Source: an uncultured Gemmatimonadaceae bacterium (GTDB taxonomy: Bacteria; Gemmatimonadota; Gemmatimonadetes; Gemmatimonadales; Gemmatimonadaceae). From it: a stretch of 64,000 bases of DNA. The stretch lies in the NCBI GenBank assembly GCA_963781585.1, contig CAWAGQ010000008.1, positions 288,001 through 352,000 on the forward strand. Direction: 5' to 3'. Below, in pieces: positions 37,294-46,900 of this stretch (position 1 is the stretch's first letter; the number at the start of each line of letters is the position of its first letter). The notes beneath the pieces were generated by a model. The model saw only the letters and a program-made list of their open reading frames with translations. It searched no databases and had not been told where the DNA came from. Both the position numbers and the translations under genes were made by a program.

Positions 37294-40290
37294 TTACGCC
37301 TTTGCATCAAGCCAGTTCTTCCCATGCCCGATGTCCACAACCAGGGGAACTGAGAGTTCCGCTGCATGCTGCATCTCGTTCCGCACGATGGCTCGGAGGC
37401 TCTCACGCTCCCCGGGGGCGACATCGAACACAAGTTCATCGTGGACCTGCAGGATCATTCGGCTCAGCGTCCCCTGCTCATGAAGCACCCGGTGTATCCG
37501 AATCATGGCGACCTTGATGAGATCAGCTGCGGAACCTTGAATCGGTGCGTTGGTGGCGACACGCTCCCCAAATGCGCGCATGTTGAAATTGCGCTCCCGC
37601 AGCTCGGGCACGTATCGGCGGCGTTTGAGGATGGTCTCGACGAACCCGTGTTCCCGCGCGAAAGTGACTTGCGCATCCAGGTAGGCGCGGACCCCGCGGA
37701 AGCGCTCGAAGTAGGTGGTAATGAACGCCTTGGCTTCTGAGGATGGGATCCGAAGCTGGCGCGCCAGTGCGACGGCCCCTTGTCCGTATATCGTGGCGAA
37801 GTTGATCGTCTTCGCGCGAGCGCGCATCTCTGTGGTGACGTCCGCAGCCGGCACTCCGAAAATGATCGCGGCTGTCTGTTTATGAATGTCCCCTCCCGAC
37901 CAGAAGGCGTCGACGAAAGCCGGGTCATGGGAGAGGTGCGCGAGCAGGCGAAGCTCGATCTGCGAATAGTCGGCGACCAACAGTTCCCAGCCGTCTCGCG
38001 CGACGAACCCGCGGCGGATGTCGCGCCCCAGTTCCCGTCGGATCGGAATGTTCTGGAGGTTGGGATCGCTCGAGGACAGTCGTCCCGTTGCGGCCACGGT
38101 CTGATTGTATGAGGTGTGGAGTCGTTGATCGTCGGGATGGACCAGCGCCGGAAGGGTGTCGAGGTAAGTGGATTCGAGCTTTGCGAGCTCGCGGTACTCC
38201 ATCAGCAGCGACGGTAACACATGTCCCTCGTCCGCGAGCTCCCGGAGTACGCTGGCATCCGTTGACGGACCGCTGGCGGTCCGTTTGCGGGCGGGCAAAC
38301 CCAGCTTTTCAAAGAGTACGGTGCGCAGCTGCGGATTGGAGTTGATATTGAACTCTTCGCCTGCTGCGGCGTAGATCTCCCGCTCCACAACCTGACGCTC
38401 CCGTTGGAAGCGCTCTTTCAACGACCGAAACCACCGGAGGTCAATGGAGACGCCCGTCTCCTCCATGTCGGCCAACACGGAGATGAGAGGTATCTCGATG
38501 TCCGCGAACAGGGTGGTGAGACCATGCAATTCCAGCTGGGCTGAAAAGATGTCGCGCAGGCGAAGTGTGACATCCACACTTTCGCACGCGTAATCGCGCG
38601 CGGCTTCCACCGGTACGACGTCGAACGGGATTGCTTCCCGACCGCGACCGCAGAGGTCTTCGAACGACATCATCCGGTAGCTGAGAAACTCCTCCGCCAA
38701 AAGGTCGAGGCTATGCGAACGCCGACCCGGATCCAGCACGTAGCTGGCGAGCATCGTGTCGAAGGTCAGCCCCTGTACGGGCACGCCTGCTCGACGCAGG
38801 ATCAAGACATCATGCTTCGCGTTCTGCGCGCACTTTTCGACGCGAGGGTCCGCAAGCAGTTCGCGCAGCGGGCGCATAGCATCGCTCGTCAGTGCTGGCA
38901 GGTTCCGGGGAGCATACGCTTGTTCGGCCAGCATCCGAGCCGCTATTCCAGCTCCTTCGCGGCGGATCGGCTGGCGGCTGGATGGTCCGCGCAGACTCCG
39001 GCTCCTGACCTTGGCGGAAAAACCGACTCCCTCACCCTCACGCGTCACCACACCGGAAGGCGTTGCGTCCGGTTTTGCCAAGAGGTCACCCTGTTCAGCG
39101 TGCTGCTCGCGGTGAGCGAGCGGCAGGTAGTACGCTTCACCTGGAGACAGCGCGATGGATATGCCAACAAGGCGCGCCCGAAACGGATCTGTGGTTGTCG
39201 GACTCCCGGGGTCCGAAACCGATTCGGTGTCAAACGTCAGGCGTCCAATCTGACGTGCCCTTGCCACGAGCTCCAAGACTGCCATGACGTTGTCAGCCAC
39301 GTCATAGCGCGCCGTCGAGCGGGCCTGGGGAAGCTCCGCCCGACGGTCGAGGTCGCGCAGAAGGGTGGTGAACTCAAGTTCCAGAAACAGCCGACGGAGT
39401 TGGTCGGTGTCCGGTAGGCTAGCCTTGAATGAATCGAGATCTAGCGCGATGGGTACGTCCCGGCGAATCGTGACCAGTTCCTTCGAGAGCCGCGCCCGAT
39501 CCGGATAGGTGGCGAGTGCCTCCCGCGGTCTCTTCCCGGACAGTCCGGGCGCGGCATTCAGTATTGCCTCGAGTCCACCGTATTGTCGGACGAGTTCGCG
39601 AGCGGTCTTCTGGCCGATTCCCGGTACCCCTGGCACGTTGTCCGATGCGTCCCCGACGAGCGCCAAGTAGTCCGTGACATGCTCCGGAGGCACGCCCAAC
39701 CGATCGGACGCGTTCTGCTCCCCCACCCACTGCTCGTCGACGCCGGCCGGTCCGCCTCGCCCGGGATTGAGCAGCCAGACGCCTGCCGCGAGCAGCTGTT
39801 GGAAGTCCTTATCACCCGACACGATGACCGCGTGCAAGTGTCGCTGCTTCGCTTGGGCGGCTAGCGTGCCAATCACGTCGTCTGCCTCGTAACCGGGCAC
39901 GGTTACCAGGGGCACTCGGAATGCGGACAGTAGCTGCTCAATCCGGGCGACGCCCCGATCAAAGTCAGACTGGAGTTCCTCGCTGAGCTTCTGTCGCGTC
40001 GCCTTGTAGTCCGGAAACACCTCGTGACGAAACGAGAGACCGGAGTCGTTTATCCACGCGATGTAGTCGGGCTGATAGCGCTCCAGCACCCGTTGCAGAA
40101 AGTTGGCCACGCCCCACGCTGCAGACGTATTCTCGCCTTTGGCGGTCGTCAGCGGGCGTGAGAGCAGCGCGAAGAAGGCGCGGTAGATGAGCGCATACCC
40201 ATCGATGAGAAAGAACGTTGGATGTTCGGGCGGCGCGACCGCGGGTGCTTCGTCTGAGGACACAGGCCAGAGTTTATCAGAAGTGAACAC
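37294..40290 (-). CDS. polA: DNA polymerase I
   Basis: LIDG..YRAFFA, EADD, GDASDN, FDTES, TGRLSSSDPNLQNIP, DYSQIELR, KTINF..YG, QVHDEL; start uncertain. Confidence 0.98.
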   Translation of the reverse strand: MFTSDKLWPVSSDEAPAVAPPEHPTFFLIDGYALIYRAFFALLSRPLTTAKGENTSAAWGVANFLQRVLERYQPDYIAWINDSGLSFRHEVFPDYKATRQKLSEELQSDFDRGVARIEQLLSAFRVPLVTVPGYEADDVIGTLAAQAKQRHLHAVIVSGDKDFQQLLAAGVWLLNPGRGGPAGVDEQWVGEQNASDRLGVPPEHVTDYLALVGDASDNVPGVPGIGQKTARELVRQYGGLEAILNAAPGLSGKRPREALATYPDRARLSKELVTIRRDVPIALDLDSFKASLPDTDQLRRLFLELEFTTLLRDLDRRAELPQARSTARYDVADNVMAVLELVARARQIGRLTFDTESVSDPGSPTTTDPFRARLVGISIALSPGEAYYLPLAHREQHAEQGDLLAKPDATPSGVVTREGEGVGFSAKVRSRSLRGPSSRQPIRREGAGIAARMLAEQAYAPRNLPALTSDAMRPLRELLADPRVEKCAQNAKHDVLILRRAGVPVQGLTFDTMLASYVLDPGRRSHSLDLLAEEFLSYRMMSFEDLCGRGREAIPFDVVPVEAARDYACESVDVTLRLRDIFSAQLELHGLTTLFADIEIPLISVLADMEETGVSIDLRWFRSLKERFQRERQVVEREIYAAAGEEFNINSNPQLRTVLFEKLGLPARKRTASGPSTDASVLRELADEGHVLPSLLMEYRELAKLESTYLDTLPALVHPDDQRLHTSYNQTVAATGRLSSSDPNLQNIPIRRELGRDIRRGFVARDGWELLVADYSQIELRLLAHLSHDPAFVDAFWSGGDIHKQTAAIIFGVPAADVTTEMRARAKTINFATIYGQGAVALARQLRIPSSEAKAFITTYFERFRGVRAYLDAQVTFAREHGFVETILKRRRYVPELRERNFNMRAFGERVATNAPIQGSAADLIKVAMIRIHRVLHEQGTLSRMILQVHDELVFDVAPGERESLRAIVRNEMQHAAELSVPLVVDIGHGKNWLDAKA

Positions 40291-40386
40291 GTAGATGATG
40301 CAGGGAAACTAGGGTTGCGGCAGCGGTGTTGGGGTCCCAATCTCCGCGCTCACCACCGCGTGTGGACCAACCGGCGCCGCGTCCCC

Positions 40387-40419
40387 AAAAAAACCCGCCT
40401 GCCAGCTGGCAGGCGGGTT
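40387..40419 (-). terminator. Rho-independent terminator of cold-shock gene
   Basis: Palindrome aacccgcctgccagctggcaggcgggtt with a T7 tract on the minus strand. Confidence 0.9.
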
Positions 40420-40459
40420 CCTTGTATGGCCGAGGAGACGCCTCGCGCCAAAACGAGGC

Positions 40460-40663
40460 CTAGGTGGCTCTAGTTACGTTCGTGGCGTGCAACCCCTTGG
40501 CACCTGTCTGGATTTCGAACTCTACCAGCTGGCCTTCGGCGAGAGTCTTGAAGCCATCCATCTGGATCGCGGAGAAATGAACGAAGACGTCCTCTCCGCC
40601 CTCCTGCTCGATGAAGCCGTACCCCTTGGCGTCATTGAACCACTTTACCTTCCCTCTGGCCAT
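40460..40663 (-). CDS. Cold-shock protein (CspA family)
   Basis: [27 protein letters not shown] 40663 after GGAGG. Confidence 0.97.
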   Translation of the reverse strand: MARGKVKWFNDAKGYGFIEQEGGEDVFVHFSAIQMDGFKTLAEGQLVEFEIQTGAKGLHATNVTRAT

Positions 40664-40886
40664 GCAAGCTGCCTCCTGCAGGGTGGAGCGCTCCCGCACA
40701 AACCTGTTGCGGGGCAAACCGCGTTGGTTTGCGGCCCCTTATATAGGCGTGCCCGGAGGGACTGTCAAGAGAAGGTGTTACGGCACAACACGATACCTCG
40801 CTGTCGCGCGGGTGACAGGCGTCCGGTTCCTATACGTGGGAATCCTGGCGATCGATGCTACCGGGCGTGATCCAGGGCACAGACTG

Positions 40887-42284
40887 CTACGGCACGAGAA
40901 GGCGACGGGCTACGCTCTCGAAATCCGCTTCGGACGACATAGTCATACGCCACCGACCGAAGCCGGTCTGATCAACGAAGACGATCTGGAGACGGTACTG
41001 TCGATAATCCCAGATCAGCGTGCTCCCACGCTGACCAGCGGTGCTTGCGCTCGGCTCATAGGTCTGGTCCGGGTTGCCTAACGCCACGTACGCGCGCCCA
41101 CGATCCGTTAGCCAGCCTGCGCCACCCTCCTCTCGGAAACGCGAGTTGGCCTGCGCGATGCGAGCGAAGTAGTCACGCAAGCCTTCATGTTGCGGCGTCT
41201 GGGGAAAGGGGTCGGTGTCCCTCAGGAAGGCAGCCCACAGAGCCGCCCTTGTTTCGGCGGTTGCGTCGCGAAGGGCCTGGAGCCGTGCCGGTGTCGCATA
41301 GTATCTCAGGTAGTTCAGCATCTCCGAAAACGTGGCGACGGGAAGATCTTCCCCGAATCCTACGAAAAGCGGCGTGCGCACAGTGTCCCGGCCTCCCGCA
41401 CGACTCACTCCCACCGTCATCACGCCGACGCCGATCTTGGCAACCGGAACTGCGAAAGTACCACTGAAGAGGTCGGTTCGGCGCGGAAGGTCAATCGAAT
41501 CGGCCCAAAGCAGTGCGTTTCCCTCATCGCTCCGCACCGTGACGCGAAGCGGAAATGTCTGACTCTGGTCGTACCCCTCGACGTAGATCGGGAGGATCGA
41601 GTCTCGTCCGAAAACCGCGGTGGCGCGTGGTGTTGCCAGAATGTTTGGGATCGTGTCGCGCCGGCCGCGGGCGCCGGCTTCGTAGAAGGGGACGGGAGAG
41701 GAAACGGAACCGTCTGCGAACCGAGGCACGCCGACTGTTGCTTCGACCGCACTGCCGTGCGTGACCCCTTCGTCCCTCACGGTCAGACGCATCTCATACG
41801 TTCCGGGCTCGAGGCTCAAGAACTGCCGAAACAGGACGCTTTCATCGGTCCTTGTGGTCTCGCGAAAGACGAGGACTCGGACAGTCTCCTGACCCTTGAG
41901 GTCCCGAACGAGTTGCGTGCCCCGCCGGACCTCCAGTTCGACCGTGTAGCCAGCGCGAAACCGGTCTCCCTCGCGACCGAAATGCAGTACCCTATTGGCT
42001 AGCGCTACAGTGAGTACGACGAGAGTAGAGTCGCTTGCGCCGGCGAAGAAAGAGAGGGTCCCGACAAATGGTGTTTCTCCCTCCTCCGCCAGAAGGCCCA
42101 TCTTGCGGTACAGGGCTACTTCGTCGCTTTGCGTGGAGCTACGACGGGGAGGGGTGGTGCCAGTAGCCGTTTCGGGGCTCGGGGGCCCTGGTGGACTCCG
42201 ACGCGGCCCTGAGGCGCACGCTCCGGGGATGAGACCGAGGGCCAGCATCGCCCCTTGAAGAAGCCTCTGTCGCCAGCGTCGCAT
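40887..42284 (-). CDS. GWxTD domain-containing exported (lipo)protein
   Basis: GWLTDRGRAYVALGNPD; signal/lipobox-like ..LIPGAC; GGAGG RBS. Confidence 0.85.
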   Translation of the reverse strand: MRRWRQRLLQGAMLALGLIPGACASGPRRSPPGPPSPETATGTTPPRRSSTQSDEVALYRKMGLLAEEGETPFVGTLSFFAGASDSTLVVLTVALANRVLHFGREGDRFRAGYTVELEVRRGTQLVRDLKGQETVRVLVFRETTRTDESVLFRQFLSLEPGTYEMRLTVRDEGVTHGSAVEATVGVPRFADGSVSSPVPFYEAGARGRRDTIPNILATPRATAVFGRDSILPIYVEGYDQSQTFPLRVTVRSDEGNALLWADSIDLPRRTDLFSGTFAVPVAKIGVGVMTVGVSRAGGRDTVRTPLFVGFGEDLPVATFSEMLNYLRYYATPARLQALRDATAETRAALWAAFLRDTDPFPQTPQHEGLRDYFARIAQANSRFREEGGAGWLTDRGRAYVALGNPDQTYEPSASTAGQRGSTLIWDYRQYRLQIVFVDQTGFGRWRMTMSSEADFESVARRLLVP

Positions 42285-42350
42285 TCCGCCTCCGAGGGCC
42301 GCACTGGACGGCCATCTTCAGGTTTGGGAAACCAACCATACCAGGCTTGC

Positions 42351-42379
42351 TTGCCGCGGTTCCACTGTGGCATTAGGTT
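42351..42379 (+). promoter_or_regulatory. Sigma70-type promoter of kinase gene (probably leaderless)
   Basis: TTGCCG-17bp-TAGGTT, 7 nt before GTG 42387. Confidence 0.55.
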
Positions 42380-42386
42380 CGCGGCC

Positions 42387-43319
42387 GTGCCTAAGGAAAA
42401 CCTGATCGGTCAGACCGTCGCTGGCTACTCCATTCTGGAACTGGTTGGCGAGGGTGGGACCTCGGTCGTCTATCGAGCGCACCATCCCCAGCACGGGACG
42501 GTGGCCTTCAAGGTCCTGCGCGACAAGCTCCGGCAGGACAAAACCGCTCTGGCGCGGTTTACGCGCGAGGCCAATTTCGGAAAGCGGGTGGAGCATCCCA
42601 ATGTGATTAGGACCATAGAAACGGGAGAGGCGGAGTCGCTTCCGTATCTCGTTATCGAATGGGCTCCTGGAGATCTTCTCGAGCAATACGCAAAGCGCAA
42701 GGCGCCACTTCCGCGCGAAGAGGTCGCGTCAATCATTCTACAGATTGCCGACGCGGTGGGAGCGGCGCACCTGTCCGGCATCGTGCATCGCGATCTGAAG
42801 CCCGACAACGCGATGTACGACCCCGAAAGCGGTCGCGTCAAACTGCTCGATTTCGGCATCGCCGCCGCAACCGACACATCACAGGATGAGCGGCTAACCC
42901 GCGCGGGGTATTTCGTGGGCACACTGATGTACGTCGCCCCTGAAGCATTGTCGGGCGCCTTAGTGACACCGGCAGCGGATCAATACAGCCTGGCGACGAT
43001 CGCATATCTCCTCCTCACCGGGAATCTGCCGTATCTGGCGAAGTCGCCTCGCGAGATGTTCACGCAACTCCTCTCGCAGCCCCCGGTCTCGCTCAACAAA
43101 GCGCGCCCCAATCTCGACTTTGGCCCCCGCGTGGAGGCAGTTGTCATGCGGGGACTCTCCCGTGAACCTGCGGAGCGCTATCCTGACGTGCTGGTGTTTG
43201 CCCGTGAGCTGCACGGCGTGCTGACGGCCGGTCCGACCGGAAATGCCGGCCCCCACGATTCGAGCCCCGCACAGGACGAAGGACTCTTCTCGCGCGTGAA
43301 GGGACTTTTCCGTCGATAG
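42387..43319 (+). CDS. Hanks-type Ser/Thr protein kinase (soluble, kinase domain only)
   Basis: GEGGTSVVY, VAFK, HRDLKPDN, DFG, GTLMYVAPE. Confidence 0.95.
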   Translation: MPKENLIGQTVAGYSILELVGEGGTSVVYRAHHPQHGTVAFKVLRDKLRQDKTALARFTREANFGKRVEHPNVIRTIETGEAESLPYLVIEWAPGDLLEQYAKRKAPLPREEVASIILQIADAVGAAHLSGIVHRDLKPDNAMYDPESGRVKLLDFGIAAATDTSQDERLTRAGYFVGTLMYVAPEALSGALVTPAADQYSLATIAYLLLTGNLPYLAKSPREMFTQLLSQPPVSLNKARPNLDFGPRVEAVVMRGLSREPAERYPDVLVFARELHGVLTAGPTGNAGPHDSSPAQDEGLFSRVKGLFRR

Positions 43320-43411
43320 GGTTCTCCCACGGCTCAGTCCTAGAAACGCCAGCGGAGATGTCCCCCGGGCCAGCGAACCCGTTTGCAGCCTACTCCCCTT
43401 ACCGCCGCGCG

Positions 43412-43957
43412 ATGACCGACCGCGATAGCCTAGTTCGCCTTCTTGCTCAACGCTCGATCCGTCGCGGCGAGTTCACACTGGCCTCGGGACGCACTTCCTC
43501 ATACTACGTGGACGCCCGCCTAACGACTATGGCGCCGGAGGGAATGTCGCTCCTTGGGCCACTCGGCTTGCGGGCCATCCGCGAGCACGGGTGGCGCGCC
43601 GATGCGGTGGGTGGCCTGACGCTCGCTGCCGATCCCATCGCATTCGCGATCGCGTTTGCCAGCAGCCAGCGGCCTCCGCCGGTGCGGGCCTTCACGGTTC
43701 GGAAGGAACCGAAGCAGCACGGGACCGGGCGCCTTGTGGAGGGTCCCCTTGTTCCTGGTGACCAGGTCGTCATCGTCGAAGACGTCATTACAACCGGTGC
43801 CTCAGCGCTCAGGGCGGCAACCGGTGCGGCAGCTGCCGGTGCGGCAGTCCAGGGAGTTCTCGCCCTGGTCGATCGCGAAGAGGGTGGACAAGCAGCAATC
43901 GCAGCAGCCGGCTATGATGTGATCACTTTGGTCACAATCTCCGAACTGTTGCGATAG
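43412..43957 (+). CDS. pyrE: Orotate phosphoribosyltransferase
   Basis: FTLASG, RKEPKQHG, VEDVITTG, VDREEG. Confidence 0.94.
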   Translation: MTDRDSLVRLLAQRSIRRGEFTLASGRTSSYYVDARLTTMAPEGMSLLGPLGLRAIREHGWRADAVGGLTLAADPIAFAIAFASSQRPPPVRAFTVRKEPKQHGTGRLVEGPLVPGDQVVIVEDVITTGASALRAATGAAAAGAAVQGVLALVDREEGGQAAIAAAGYDVITLVTISELLR

Positions 43958-44004
43958 GTGCGTGTAGTCGCGGCGCCACCGGGCGCGACGATGCATCCGG
44001 CAGA

Positions 44005-44862
44005 TCAGGAGCCGGCACCGAGCGGATCAAAGTTGCGCAGGACGGGGAGAAACGGCAGCACCAGTTCATCCCGGAAGTGCTGCAGCATGCCTTCGCCGTC
44101 GTACCGATCCCGAAACTCTGTGGCCGTCAATTTCATGAGCGCGCGGACATGGCGGCCAAACGCTTGCGGAGAAGAGTAGTCGAGTTCATTTGCCACCAAG
44201 GCTATCGAGAGCCCGGGGTTCTCGAACATGCGGGCTGCACACACCAGTCGCGCCACCGCGAGGTACTGTTTGGGGGCCGGGAGTCGTGCACGGAAGAACC
44301 GACTCATGAACGTAGACGGCACTACGCCGAGCCGGTGTGCCAGAATTCGCACGGTACGCACCTGAGGTGCCGACGCGAACAATTCCTCGAAGAAGCGTCG
44401 ACATCCGTCCGGGGCAAGGCTTAGATCCGCGTCGATCCCGGCAAGAGCAATGCGGTACATCTCCGATGCGTGGTCATGCAGCAGCATGGTGCGGAGTCGC
44501 TGCCAACCCACCGGCTCGCGCACGTCAACGAGGGTCCGGACGCCACATCGTCCCAGCACCAGCACGGTCTGCGCAGCTTGCGGCGACAGATTGGACAGGA
44601 GGGCGACTGCCGGGACCCGCGGGAACTCACGGACCATGCGCGCGACCTTCGGCGCCTCATCGGCCGGACACCGCGCGGTGGAGACAATCATGGCAGCAGC
44701 CCGGCGATCGCGCAGATCGCGGAAGGCGTCTTCCAGCGTCTCGCGGTGCCAAGCCCGATAGATTCCATGCCCAGCCGCATCGACACGCATGCGCTCGTCG
44801 GGTGTAAGAACTGTCGTTACGCCGGGAACCAGAGGGATCTCAGCGATGGGGCCGGGGAGCAT
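44005..44862 (-). CDS. AraC-family (HTH_18) transcriptional regulator with receiver-like N-terminus
   Basis: C-terminal SIALVANELDYSSPQAFGRHVR; GAGGAGG RBS before ATG 44862. Confidence 0.85.
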   Translation of the reverse strand: MLPGPIAEIPLVPGVTTVLTPDERMRVDAAGHGIYRAWHRETLEDAFRDLRDRRAAAMIVSTARCPADEAPKVARMVREFPRVPAVALLSNLSPQAAQTVLVLGRCGVRTLVDVREPVGWQRLRTMLLHDHASEMYRIALAGIDADLSLAPDGCRRFFEELFASAPQVRTVRILAHRLGVVPSTFMSRFFRARLPAPKQYLAVARLVCAARMFENPGLSIALVANELDYSSPQAFGRHVRALMKLTATEFRDRYDGEGMLQHFRDELVLPFLPVLRNFDPLGAGS

Positions 44863-45139
44863 GGACAACCTCCTCGTTAGGCATCACAGCGTCCGGAAGG
44901 GGGCGGCGCCGTGGTCCTGCGATGATGGCGGGGCTCCGTCACACCGCCGTCACCCAAGCACGTCCGGCCGCAGATTGGCCCACGGGAGGGAACATAGGTA
45001 ACCCCTTCTGCTGCTCGACTGGTGGACCCATGATGCGTCCACCCAACGTCCCCCGGGAGGACGGGGGGAACACCGCATTCAGCGGCAGGTGGGCTCTGCC
45101 ACTCCGCAGTGGCATCCGAGCTGCCCTATATTTCCTGCG

Positions 45140-45525
45140 GTGCGGCGGCTGCGCAGTCGCGGTTGATTCACAACCCGTGAATCAACGAGGAAAGTCCGGG
45201 CTCCATGGGCAACGCGCCAGGTAATACCTGGGCACGGTCGTACGACCGTGACGGAGAGTGCCACAGAAAACAAACCGCCCCGGGGGGCATCAACAACCGG
45301 GGTAAGGGTGAAAAGGCGGGGTAAGAGCCCACCGCGTCAGTGGTAACACTTGGCGGCACGGAAAACCCCGCGGGAGCAAGGCCAAATAGGCGGCGAGGAG
45401 AGGCCCACTCCGAAGAAGACGCCGCGGGTAGGCTGCTAGAGGATGAGGGTGACCCCATTCCTAGAGGAATGACTGCACCGGCAGAAGCCTGCCGGAACAG
45501 AACCCGGCTTACAGGCCGCATGCAC
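45140..45525 (+). ncRNA. rnpB: RNase P RNA (class A)
   Basis: GAGGAAAGTCCGGGCTC, AGTGCCACAGAAAA, GGTAAGAGCCCACC, ACAGAACCCGGCTTA; ends pair as P1; TATATT 7 nt upstream. Confidence 0.97.
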
Positions 45526-45526
45526 T

Positions 45527-45562
45527 GAGCCCCTGGCTCTCCACACGAGAACCAGGGGCTCT
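45527..45562. terminator. Hairpin between convergent rnpB and dnaN
   Basis: gagcccctgg..ccaggggctc stem; no strong U tract. Confidence 0.6.
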
Positions 45563-45589
45563 CTCCCATCCACTCTCGGGCCAACCCAT

Positions 45590-46702
45590 TCAGTCCACAA
45601 GTCGCAGCGGCATGACAAGACAAAGGTAGCTTCCCGGCCCGCCCCAGTCATGCGGCGTAATCGTCGCCGCTCGCTCCGCCGTCTTGAAAGTAAAGTCCAC
45701 TTCATCGGTCGGCATGTACCTGAGGATCTCCAGCAGGTAGCTGCTGTTGAACCCGATATCTAGCGGATCACCAGCATACTGCACCGGAATCTCATCCTGG
45801 CCCTCGCCAACATCAGGCGTCTGCACCGTGAAGCGCAACAAGGCAGTGTTGAACGACAGTTTCACCCGGTGCGTCTGATCCGAGGCCACTACGGCCATTC
45901 GCCGTAGCGCGCCTATGAGCGACACGCGGTCCACGACCGCAACGCGGTCGTTGTCGCGGGGGATAACCTGATCGTAGTTCGGATACGGGCCTTCAATGAG
46001 GCGGGTTGAGACACTCGCGAGGGGACTCCGGAACGCCAAGTGGCTTTCCCCTTGACCGATTTCCACTTCCTCATCGGGCGGGAATACACGCCGTACCTGC
46101 TCCAGCGCCTTCGGTGGGAGGATGAAGTCGCCCGTGGCCTCCATGCCCAGTTCTCCCGGAACATCCGTCATGGCGAGCCGGTGTCCATTCGTCGCCACCA
46201 TTCGGAGCTGCTCCGGTCGGATCTCCCACAACACACCGTTCAGAATGGGCCGACTCTCTTCGGTAGAGACCGCAAACGCCGCTCGCGAAATCAGATCCTG
46301 CAGCACGCTGCCTTTCAGCCGCCACCCAGAATTGAAATGGACCGCGGGGAATGCAGGAAACTCGTCCCTGGGCAACCCTAGCAGCTTGAACCTGGCTCTC
46401 CCACACTCCAGGGTCGCTCGCTGCTCACCCATTGCCGCAATCTTCACCGGGCCAGGGGGAAGCTCACGAGCAATCTCACCGAGCCGCTTCGCTGGCAGGG
46501 TCAGTGCGCCTGCTGCATCGACTTCAGCAGGTACCTCAACCGAAACCAACACATCCAGATCCGTACCAGAAAAGCGTACACTCCGTTCACCCGCCTCCAC
46601 GAGCAGATTCGACAAGACGGGCAACGTGGTTTTGCTGGGAACGGCCGCTGCAACACTCGTGAGTGCCTCCTGGAGCTTCTCCCGCGCTATCGTGAAGCGC
46701 AT
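45590..46702 (-). CDS. dnaN: DNA polymerase III beta sliding clamp
   Basis: MRFTIAREKL, GTDLD, RPILNG, VATNGHRL, RLIEGPYPNY, LVMPLR. Confidence 0.97.
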   Translation of the reverse strand: MRFTIAREKLQEALTSVAAAVPSKTTLPVLSNLLVEAGERSVRFSGTDLDVLVSVEVPAEVDAAGALTLPAKRLGEIARELPPGPVKIAAMGEQRATLECGRARFKLLGLPRDEFPAFPAVHFNSGWRLKGSVLQDLISRAAFAVSTEESRPILNGVLWEIRPEQLRMVATNGHRLAMTDVPGELGMEATGDFILPPKALEQVRRVFPPDEEVEIGQGESHLAFRSPLASVSTRLIEGPYPNYDQVIPRDNDRVAVVDRVSLIGALRRMAVVASDQTHRVKLSFNTALLRFTVQTPDVGEGQDEIPVQYAGDPLDIGFNSSYLLEILRYMPTDEVDFTFKTAERAATITPHDWGGPGSYLCLVMPLRLVD

Positions 46703-46900
46703 GTCGGGACCTCGAGTGGAGAATTGATCTTCTGCATCTGTTATGAAAGAGAATACAGTAGTAACAGAGGTGTGGAGATGTTGGGGAATTTGGGGATCAT
46801 GAGCGAACCTGGGGGAGCTCCAGGAGAGCGGTATTGAGGCGATTCGCAAAGCTCGGGTCGCTCTTTCGTAACTGACGGGCGCGGTCGAGACTGTGGATAA
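46703..46900. other. Candidate oriC (dnaA-dnaN intergenic region)
   Basis: AT-rich stretch, trio-like cag-tag-taa-cag (46756-46767), three co-oriented degenerate DnaA boxes (46771, 46782, 46791) and a perfect tgtggataa at 46892-46900. Confidence 0.75.

Noticed and set aside
38905..39108. Intein in PolA
   Set aside because: Too short; no Cys/Ser start or His-Asn end.
45168..45705. ORFs overlapping rnpB
   Set aside because: The region is explained by RNase P RNA.
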